This document shows, one piece after another, positions 56,787 through 64,000 of a stretch of 64,000 nucleotides of DNA. The DNA lies in the IMG/VR virus record IMGVR_UViG_3300035145_002419, positions 1-64,000 of that record; one strand, 5' to 3'. Source of the stretch: a virus. A program made the position numbers and the translations under genes. Numbering within the stretch: position 1 is the stretch's first letter; the number at the start of each line of letters is the position of its first letter. The notes below the pieces were generated by a model that saw only the letters and a list, made by a program, of their open reading frames with translations, did not search any database and was not told the origin of the DNA.

Positions 56787-58223
56787 ATGTTCCAATCCGA
56801 ACAGTTGCAGGAAAAGTGGGCACCTCTCCTCAATCATGAGGGTTGCGAGTCAATTAAAGATTCCCATCGTAGAGCTGTAACCGCTGTCCTGCTCGAAAAC
56901 CAAGAAAAATTCCTTCGTGAGCAAGCTGCATTTGAAGGCGGCAATGTTCAATCCCTGATGGAGGCACCAACCAACTCTGGTAACGCTGCTGGCGCACAAG
57001 GCGCTTTCGGTGGTGGTTCGCCTGAAGGTGGTCCTACCGCAGGTTTCGATCCAGTTCTGATCTCCTTGATCAGACGCTCCATGCCTAACCTGGTCGCTTA
57101 TGACCTCGCTGGCGTTCAGCCAATGTCTGGTCCTACCGGACTGATCTTCGCAATGCGCTCCCGCTACACCAATCAGAGCGGAACCGAGGCATTCTTCGAC
57201 GAAGCAGACACCGCATTCTCTGCACAGAACAAGGGAATGGGTGCAGGTATCGATCAAGACTTCGCTGATAACGTTGCTGGTATTGGTACTACTACTCAGG
57301 CAGGTTCTAACCCAGCACTCCTGAACCCTGTTGGTACTGCTACATCCACAGCATATAACGTTGCTGGTGGTATGCCTACTGGCGATGCTGAAGCACTTGA
57401 TGGAACCGGTGCAAGTGCATTCAACCAGATGGCATTCTCGATTGAGAAGGTCACTGTAACCGCTAAGTCCAGAGCACTGAAGGCAGAATACAGCCTTGAG
57501 CTTGCACAGGATCTGAAGGCGATTCATGGTCTGAATGCAGAAGCTGAGTTGGCAAACATTCTGTCAACTGAGATTCTTGCTGAAATCAACCGTGAAGTCA
57601 TCAGAACCATCTATAAGGTTGCTGAGCAAGGTGCTGTACAAAACACCGCTACCGCTGGTGTATTCGACCTCGACGTTGATTCCAACGGTCGCTGGTCTGT
57701 TGAGAAGTTCAAGGGTCTTCTGTTCCAAATCGAGCGCGATGCAAACGCAATCGCACAAAGAACTCGTCGCGGAAAGGGCAACATCATCCTCTGTTCTGCA
57801 GACGTTGCATCCGCCCTCACCATGGCAGGCGTTCTCGATTACACCCCTGCACTCAACGCCAACCTTAACGTTGATGACACTGGTAACACCTTCGCTGGTG
57901 TTCTGCAAGGTAAGTATCGTGTATACATCGATCCTTATTCTGCTAACCTCACTTCCGCAAACGGAACCCCAGGCAACCAGTACTATGTCGTCGGTTACAA
58001 GGGTACTTCCCCTTACGACGCTGGTCTGTTCTACTGCCCATATGTTCCCCTCCAGATGGTTCGTGCCGTTGGAGAGAACTCCTTCCAGCCCAAGATTGGC
58101 TTCAAGACCCGCTATGGTCTGGTTGCCAACCCATTCGCAGAAGGAACCGACGCAGGTCTGGGTCGTCTCAAGGTCAATGCAAACCGCTACTATCGTCGCG
58201 TTGCAGTCAAGAACCTCATGTGA
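56787..58223 (+). CDS. gp23: major capsid protein gp23
   Basis: GVQPMSGPTGLIFAMR, AKSRALKAEYS.ELAQDLKAIHG, FQPKIGFKTRYG. Confidence 0.98.
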   Translation: MFQSEQLQEKWAPLLNHEGCESIKDSHRRAVTAVLLENQEKFLREQAAFEGGNVQSLMEAPTNSGNAAGAQGAFGGGSPEGGPTAGFDPVLISLIRRSMPNLVAYDLAGVQPMSGPTGLIFAMRSRYTNQSGTEAFFDEADTAFSAQNKGMGAGIDQDFADNVAGIGTTTQAGSNPALLNPVGTATSTAYNVAGGMPTGDAEALDGTGASAFNQMAFSIEKVTVTAKSRALKAEYSLELAQDLKAIHGLNAEAELANILSTEILAEINREVIRTIYKVAEQGAVQNTATAGVFDLDVDSNGRWSVEKFKGLLFQIERDANAIAQRTRRGKGNIILCSADVASALTMAGVLDYTPALNANLNVDDTGNTFAGVLQGKYRVYIDPYSANLTSANGTPGNQYYVVGYKGTSPYDAGLFYCPYVPLQMVRAVGENSFQPKIGFKTRYGLVANPFAEGTDAGLGRLKVNANRYYRRVAVKNLM

Positions 58224-58243
58224 TCCAAGTTTCACATGTCATC

Positions 58244-58268
58244 AAGGACCCTTCGGGGTCCTTTTTTT
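58244..58268 (+). terminator. intrinsic terminator after gp23
   Basis: AAGGACCC-TTCG-GGGTCCTT followed by a T run (C-UUCG-G tetraloop). Confidence 0.92.
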
Positions 58269-58300
58269 ATGCCTACAGATAAATAGTCAAAAAGAATAAA

Positions 58301-58861
58301 ATGACATCATCTTATCTTTCAAGACAGATAGAGAATAGAAATTTTTTATCGCCAACTGGATTTAAATTTATTTTAAATCGAGCACCCAAAGTTGCATTCT
58401 TCAGTAATTCTGCTAATATTCCATCGTTGGAATTAGGTTCTGCAGTACAAACAACTTATTTGAAAGACCTTGATATTCCTGGTGACAAAATTGTCTTTGA
58501 GGATTTCAGTCTGAGATTCTTAGTTGATGAAGACTTGAAAAACTATATGGAGATTCAAAACTGGATACGTGGTCTTGGATTTCCTGAATCTTTAAATGAA
58601 ATAAGAGAACTTCAAAAAGGAACTCCAAACATTGAGACATCTTCTTCAGGTGGAATGGATATCTATTCAGATGGAACTTTGACAGTTCTTGGTAGTAGTA
58701 TGAGACCTAACTTCTTAGTTAAGTTTAGTGATCTTTATCCATATAGTCTGTCAACATTAAACTTTGATGCCACAGAAACTGATGTGGATTACTTTACAGC
58801 AGACGTTTCTTTCAAGTATACTGTCTATAATATAACTGATTTAAATGGCGATCCTTTATGA
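58301..58861 (+). CDS. gp3: tail completion / tube terminator gp3
   Basis: NFLSPTGFKF, FLVDEDLKNY.EI.NW; position after gp23. Confidence 0.85.
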   Translation: MTSSYLSRQIENRNFLSPTGFKFILNRAPKVAFFSNSANIPSLELGSAVQTTYLKDLDIPGDKIVFEDFSLRFLVDEDLKNYMEIQNWIRGLGFPESLNEIRELQKGTPNIETSSSGGMDIYSDGTLTVLGSSMRPNFLVKFSDLYPYSLSTLNFDATETDVDYFTADVSFKYTVYNITDLNGDPL

Positions 58862-59292
58862 TTGATCTTGATAAACTTCAAGGAATGTGGGAAAAGGATT
58901 CTAAAATTGATATGGATAATCTTCATACAGAATCAACAAATATTCCCACACTTCATGCAAAGTATTTTGAACTATATAATACAGTGTTTCTTCTTAGAAA
59001 AAAAGCAGAACAACAAAGAAAAAACATTAGACATGAACGGTATGAATATTTCAGTGGAAAAGCAGATCCTGATGTATACATAGAAAATCCGTTTCCAAAA
59101 AAGATTAGAGATAAAGATACTATGCAGAAGTATCTTGACGCTGATGAAAAATTATCTTCAGTATGCTTGAAAATTGACTATTATGATACAATGCTAGTTT
59201 ATATTGAGAGTATACTTAAACAGATAACTAATAGAACTTATCAAATCAAAAACGCAATAGAATTCATGAGATTTAACGCGGGGTTAGGATGA
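58858..59292 (+). CDS. uvsY: recombination mediator UvsY
   Basis: W.KDSKID, IPTLHAKY, RTYQIKNAIE. Confidence 0.88.
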   Translation: MIDLDKLQGMWEKDSKIDMDNLHTESTNIPTLHAKYFELYNTVFLLRKKAEQQRKNIRHERYEYFSGKADPDVYIENPFPKKIRDKDTMQKYLDADEKLSSVCLKIDYYDTMLVYIESILKQITNRTYQIKNAIEFMRFNAGLG

Positions 59293-59510
59293 TGTCGGAC
59301 GATTGGATTTATGAAAGTGAAGATTTTGATCCGGATGAAACTTACATAGAGTTGCAGTTTGGTTCTGAGGACTTACATCTTCTCTACAAATCCGTTTGCG
59401 TACACTTAGATAAATGGCCAGGTGGAGATCCTGATGAGCAAGAAAGACTTCAATACTTAAAGAATTTTTTATACAGAATAGTTCTTGAATATAAGTATAA
59501 TATGAAATAA
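59289..59510 (+). CDS. hypothetical protein
   Basis: 73 aa, ATGA overlap. Confidence 0.7.
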   Translation: MMSDDWIYESEDFDPDETYIELQFGSEDLHLLYKSVCVHLDKWPGGDPDEQERLQYLKNFLYRIVLEYKYNMK

Positions 59511-59531
59511 TAAATATCTTCAGATGTATGG

Positions 59532-61016
59532 ATGCATGTGATTGATACAACAGCAAATCTTGTTATATCCAAATCAAACGAAGTATTTTTAAAAATTAAC
59601 ACAGAACCACATATTGAATACGAACTTAGAGACCATTTTAAGTTTGAAGTTCCTAATGCAAAGTTTATGCCACAATATCGTGGTAGAAATTGGAACGGAG
59701 AAATTCATCTATACGATATGCGTTCTAAGCAGATCTATGTTGGTTTATTAGATAAGATTGTGAATTTCTGTAAGCAGTATGGTTACACTTACAGATTTCA
59801 AGATAATAAATTTTATGGCACTCCATATGAAGAGAATGACAATATCTCAATGGAAGGTGTCAAAGATTATATGCATTCCATTTGTGCCCATACTCCCAGG
59901 AAATACCAGATTGAGGGAGTATATGGTGCCCTAAAGCATAATAGAAAGTTATTGATAAGCCCCACTGCATCTGGCAAATCACTGATGATTTATTCTCTAG
60001 TAAGATACTATGTTGATAAAGGTGAAAAAATTCTTCTAGTTGTTCCGACGACATCTCTTGTAGAACAGATGTATAAGGATTTTCTTGATTATGGTTGGAA
60101 TGCTGACTCATATTGCCATCGTATATATTCTGGTAAAGAAAAAAGTAATGATGCCCCTGTAACCATCACCACTTGGCAGTCTGTATATAAACTTGATCGT
60201 TCTTTCTTTGAAGACTATGGTGTAATTATAGGCGATGAAGCACATTTATTCAAGTCTAAGTCTTTGATTCAGATTATGACAAAGCTTCATCATGCAAAGT
60301 ATAGATTTGGTTTCACAGGAACTTTAGACGGCACACAGACGCATAAATGGGTCTTAGAAGGATTGTTTGGACCTTCATATAAAGTCACTAGAACTGAAGA
60401 ATTAATGAGGCAAGGACATCTATCACAGTTAGATATCCAGTGTCTTGTACTTAAACATCCGCCTCAGAAGTTTGAAGTGTATGAAGATGAAATTCAATAT
60501 CTAATTGGACATGAACAAAGAAATAAATTTATTACCAATCTAACTTTGGATCTGAAAGGAAATACTCTTGTGCTATTCAGTAGAGTAGAAGCACATGGTG
60601 CCATACTTTTCGATCAAATAAATACTAATAAGAGTGAAGGTAGAAAAGTATTTTTTGTTCACGGTGGTATTGACGCTGAAGAACGGGAATTGGTAAGGGA
60701 AATAACAGAAAGAGAAAACAACGCAATTATCGTTGCCTCTTATGGAACTTTTTCTACAGGCATTAATATTAAAAAACTCCATAATGTTATCTTTGCATCT
60801 CCAAGCAAATCAAGAATCAGAAATTTACAATCAATTGGTAGAGTACTTAGAAAAGGAAAAGATAAGACTAAAGCAGTCCTCTACGACATCTCTGATGATT
60901 GTTCTACTAAATCAAGACGAAACTATACTTTGAATCATTTTATAGAGCGTATTAAAATCTACAATGAAGAAAAGTTTAATTATGAAATAATCACCATACA
61001 ACTAAAGGAAAAATGA
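59532..61016 (+). CDS. uvsW: DNA/RNA helicase UvsW
   Basis: SPTASGKS, GDEAH, TGTL, LQSIGRVLR; synteny with uvsY. Confidence 0.93.
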   Translation: MHVIDTTANLVISKSNEVFLKINTEPHIEYELRDHFKFEVPNAKFMPQYRGRNWNGEIHLYDMRSKQIYVGLLDKIVNFCKQYGYTYRFQDNKFYGTPYEENDNISMEGVKDYMHSICAHTPRKYQIEGVYGALKHNRKLLISPTASGKSLMIYSLVRYYVDKGEKILLVVPTTSLVEQMYKDFLDYGWNADSYCHRIYSGKEKSNDAPVTITTWQSVYKLDRSFFEDYGVIIGDEAHLFKSKSLIQIMTKLHHAKYRFGFTGTLDGTQTHKWVLEGLFGPSYKVTRTEELMRQGHLSQLDIQCLVLKHPPQKFEVYEDEIQYLIGHEQRNKFITNLTLDLKGNTLVLFSRVEAHGAILFDQINTNKSEGRKVFFVHGGIDAEERELVREITERENNAIIVASYGTFSTGINIKKLHNVIFASPSKSRIRNLQSIGRVLRKGKDKTKAVLYDISDDCSTKSRRNYTLNHFIERIKIYNEEKFNYEIITIQLKEK

Positions 61017-61411
61017 TAGAAGATGACTTTTACGCAACAATTAAGTTTAAATCGGGTGAAGAAATATTTTGTAAAGTAGCTGCTACGGAAGAAGAAGACA
61101 GAACACTTCTTTTAATATCACATCCAATTACAGTATGTGAGTTAAGGGGAAGAGGAGGTGTTGTAGGCTACAAGGTGGAACCTTGGTTAAAAACAAGTAC
61201 TGAGGATATGCTAATCGTAAATATGTGTGATGTTCTTACAATGTCTGAATCGAGTGATATAGAAATGATTATGGTATATCAAAATTTTGTAAGACAATCA
61301 GATAAGAAAGATTCTAATGATTATAAACTAGATCGTAAGATGGGATATCTTGGAAATGTAAACGATACTAAAGAGATATTAGAGAAGATATTTAAGAGTA
61401 GCCAAGACTAA
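61013..61411 (+). CDS. conserved hypothetical protein
   Basis: 132 aa; IKFKSGEEIFCKV (Sm-like start); between uvsW and gp55. Confidence 0.8.
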   Translation: MIEDDFYATIKFKSGEEIFCKVAATEEEDRTLLLISHPITVCELRGRGGVVGYKVEPWLKTSTEDMLIVNMCDVLTMSESSDIEMIMVYQNFVRQSDKKDSNDYKLDRKMGYLGNVNDTKEILEKIFKSSQD

Positions 61412-61452
61412 CCTTCAAACCCAACAAAGTTATTCTACTTGGATTATAAAAC

Positions 61453-61481
61453 TTGTCAAGTCTGTAGTAAGGTGATATAAT
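61453..61481 (+). promoter_or_regulatory. sigma70-type promoter for gp55
   Basis: TTGTCA-N17-TATAAT with extended TG. Confidence 0.7.
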
Positions 61482-61505
61482 TCATACATATTATGAGATA
61501 AACTT

Positions 61506-62000
61506 ATGATAGGACCTATGGCAAAACGAAAGAGGTCAGAACATTATGTAAATAATAAAGAATTTCTGGCAGCACTTATCAAGTATCGCGAAGACAAAGA
61601 AATTGCAGAGATGAAAGGTCTTCCAAAACCTCCTATTCCACGCTACATTGGGGAGTGTTTTTTGAAGATCGCTAATCATCTTTCATTCAAACCAAACTTT
61701 GTCAACTACATGTTCAAGGAGGATATGATTTCAGATGGAATCGAAAATTGCGTTCAGTACATTCATAATTTTAATCCTGAGAAATCCCAAAATCCTTTTG
61801 CTTACTTTACGCAGATTATTCATTATGCGTTTCTCCGCAGAATCCAAAGGGAAAAGCGCCAATTAGAAATCAAGAATAAGATTATCGAACGATCTGGTTA
61901 TAGTGAAGTATTTGATGACAACAATACCCTTGACGGATCAAACTACAGTGACTACAATAGTATTAAAGACTCTGTTCATAGTAAACTTCGTTATAATTAA
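61506..62000 (+). CDS. gp55: late-transcription sigma factor gp55
   Basis: HYVNNKEFL, DMISDGIENC..Y..NF.PEKS.NPFAYFTQII..AFLRRI. Confidence 0.95.
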   Translation: MIGPMAKRKRSEHYVNNKEFLAALIKYREDKEIAEMKGLPKPPIPRYIGECFLKIANHLSFKPNFVNYMFKEDMISDGIENCVQYIHNFNPEKSQNPFAYFTQIIHYAFLRRIQREKRQLEIKNKIIERSGYSEVFDDNNTLDGSNYSDYNSIKDSVHSKLRYN

Positions 62001-62006
62001 TGTCTT

Positions 62007-62564
62007 GTGAATTTTGTTTCTATACTATCTAACCAAAAAGTATTTTATGATGATAATTATAATCGCCATAAACAACTTAAAGATGATTTGCTTGAATTTT
62101 TAGAAAATCATGAAGATGTCCAGCAAAGAAAAACAAATGTTAAGGCTACAGCAACAGACTGGAACATGAAGATTGAAAGTCGAGAACTAGATCTATTCAA
62201 GGATGGTGTTCTCGACTTTATGTTAAATATTCCTTTTGATACGGGTGGTTGCTTTCGTCATTTTCAGGACCGTCGAAATTTTCATATGATAGATTGTTGG
62301 GGTAATATTTACAGAAAAGGAGATTACACTGTAGATCATACTCACTTACCCTCTCAATATTCTTGGGTTTATTTTTTAAAATCAAAACCAAATTATTCTC
62401 CTTTGTTATTTGATTATTGGGATCAAAAGAAAAGAAAAATGAAATCGGTTAAAATATTGCCAATTGAGTCTAGAATAGTTGTATTTCCCAGTTGTTTGCA
62501 TCATAGGGTTCCTGTTCATATCCATGATGAAACTAGAATTACAATTTCCGGTAATATAGAATAA
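62007..62564 (+). CDS. 2OG-Fe(II) oxygenase-like protein
   Basis: WGNIY, HTH, FPSCLHHRV, RITISGN. Confidence 0.8.
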   Translation: MNFVSILSNQKVFYDDNYNRHKQLKDDLLEFLENHEDVQQRKTNVKATATDWNMKIESRELDLFKDGVLDFMLNIPFDTGGCFRHFQDRRNFHMIDCWGNIYRKGDYTVDHTHLPSQYSWVYFLKSKPNYSPLLFDYWDQKKRKMKSVKILPIESRIVVFPSCLHHRVPVHIHDETRITISGNIE

Positions 62565-63604
62565 TGAAAGTTGCTATTATCACAGATCAGCATTTTGGTG
62601 CAAGAAAAAACTCTAAGTTATTTCATGATTATTTTTTAAAATTTTATAATGACATTTTCTTTCCTTACCTGGAGAAGGAAGGAATTACAACCATTGTAGA
62701 TATGGGAGATACCTTTGACAGTCGTAAGGGTATTGACTTTTCTGCACTATCATGGGCAAAAAATAATTACTATGATAGACTTCGTGATATGGGTGTTACT
62801 GTTCATACTATTGTAGGAAATCATACTGCATATTATAAAAATACCAATGATGTCAATGCAGTAGATCTTCTATTGCGCGAATATGATAATGTAATTGTTT
62901 ACCCAGAAGCAACAGAAGTCAAATTAGGTGACGCTGATGTATTGTTTATTCCTTGGATTAATTCTGAAAATGAAGAAAAAACTTATAAACTTGTTAAAAG
63001 TACAACTTGCAACTACGCGATGGGGCACCTTGAACTCATCGGATTTAGAGCTCATCGAGGGTGTATCATGGAGCATGGTCATGAAAGCAAGTTATTTGAG
63101 AAGTTCTCCCATGTCTTCAGCGGTCACTATCACACTCGATCGGATAATGGACGGATCTATTACTTGGGAAACCCCTACGAAATGTTCTGGAACGATGTCG
63201 GTGATCGGAGAGGATTCACCATCCTTGATACAGAAACTTTTGAACATTTTCACATAGACAATCCGTATCAACTTTTTAAAATTCTTTACTATGATGATGA
63301 TTCAGCATCACTTTTAGATACAAGACCTTATGAAAATAAGATTGTCAAAGTAATTGTAAGAAATAAACCGAGACAAAAAGAATTTGAAAAGGTAATTGAT
63401 AAACTTTATTCCTGTGGAGTTGCTGATCTTAAGGTCATAGAAAATTTTGATATTCAAGAACCGGAAGAATTTGATGTGCTAGAATCAGAAGATACCCTTT
63501 CAATCTTGAATAGATATATTCAGGAGGCAGAAATAAAACTTGATAAATCTAAAGTCCAAAATATAATGAGGGCAACATATCAAGAGGCATGTGAACTAAT
63601 CTAG
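62564..63604 (+). CDS. gp47: recombination endonuclease subunit gp47 (Mre11-like)
   Basis: TDQHFG, MGDTFD, GNH, SGHYH phosphoesterase motifs. Confidence 0.95.
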   Translation: MKVAIITDQHFGARKNSKLFHDYFLKFYNDIFFPYLEKEGITTIVDMGDTFDSRKGIDFSALSWAKNNYYDRLRDMGVTVHTIVGNHTAYYKNTNDVNAVDLLLREYDNVIVYPEATEVKLGDADVLFIPWINSENEEKTYKLVKSTTCNYAMGHLELIGFRAHRGCIMEHGHESKLFEKFSHVFSGHYHTRSDNGRIYYLGNPYEMFWNDVGDRRGFTILDTETFEHFHIDNPYQLFKILYYDDDSASLLDTRPYENKIVKVIVRNKPRQKEFEKVIDKLYSCGVADLKVIENFDIQEPEEFDVLESEDTLSILNRYIQEAEIKLDKSKVQNIMRATYQEACELI

Positions 63605-63605
63605 A

Positions 63606-63878
63606 ATGTTTATTTTAACAATCAATGGCAGAGAAACCGAAGGTGCATATTCTGTAAAGGACGAATTGGGAGAACAAATCCTGTATTTGTTTGCAGAGGA
63701 AGATGATGCCATTCGGTATGCTATGATGTTAGAAGAAGACGATTACCCGGAAATGCATGTAATAGAAATAGACGATGAAGTGATGTTGAAAACTTGTGAA
63801 ATGCATGGATATCAATATTCACTTATTACAAAAAATGATATCGTAATACCTCCAGACACTGAACATGATTTTATTTGA
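63606..63878 (+). CDS. hypothetical protein
   Basis: 90 aa between gp47 and gp46. Confidence 0.8.
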   Translation: MFILTINGRETEGAYSVKDELGEQILYLFAEEDDAIRYAMMLEEDDYPEMHVIEIDDEVMLKTCEMHGYQYSLITKNDIVIPPDTEHDFI

Positions 63879-64000
63879 AAAAGTCCGTTGGAAAAACTTT
63901 CTTTCTACTGGAAATCAATTTACTGAAATCCAATTAAACGACACTAACACTAATTTGATTGTTGGATCAAATGGTGCAGGTAAGAGCACAGTTTTGGATG
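63865..64000 (+). CDS. gp46: recombination ATPase gp46 (Rad50-like), 3'-truncated
   Basis: MILFEKVRWKNFLSTGN...GSNGAGKSTVLD Walker A. Confidence 0.92.
   Translation, partial: MILFEKVRWKNFLSTGNQFTEIQLNDTNTNLIVGSNGAGKSTVLD

Noticed and set aside
55744-58299. Long antisense or alternate-frame ORFs over gp22 and gp23 (also 2752-3378, 30260-30682, 44183-44662)
   Set aside because: Shadows of biased codon usage and low-complexity sense proteins; no independent signals or motifs.
47820-61016. Introns, inteins or homing endonucleases in gp17, gp20, gp23 or uvsW
   Set aside because: The ORFs are continuous and of normal length, and no intein or endonuclease motifs were seen.

Overview
A 64-kb segment of a T4-like cyanomyovirus genome (Kyanoviridae-type; identified from protein motifs and gene order recognised by eye, no database search). 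Essentially all genes lie on the + strand. Positions ~1-10.5 kb are an accessory/early region of many small ORFs plus an SF2 helicase and a ligase-like nucleotidyltransferase. It is punctuated by nine copies of a ~35-45 bp element (TTACTCACCTCCAAAGTGTCCTAGTTGTATG) that abuts the upstream stop codon and often contains the next start codon. At ~9.3-10.7 kb there are two sparsely coding stretches with divergent sigma70-type promoters, short repeats and hairpins (candidate ncRNA and/or origin). Positions ~10.7-13.8 kb hold a glycosyltransferase-like gene, a 2OG-Fe(II) oxygenase and small proteins. The late structural module runs ~13.8-58.9 kb: gp25, gp6, giant gp7, a fibre-like protein, a subtilase, gp8, a large virion protein, gp13-gp23 and gp3, with ATAAATA late promoters. 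It is followed by uvsY, uvsW, gp55, a second oxygenase, gp47 and the start of gp46. No tRNA, rRNA or CRISPR array was seen.
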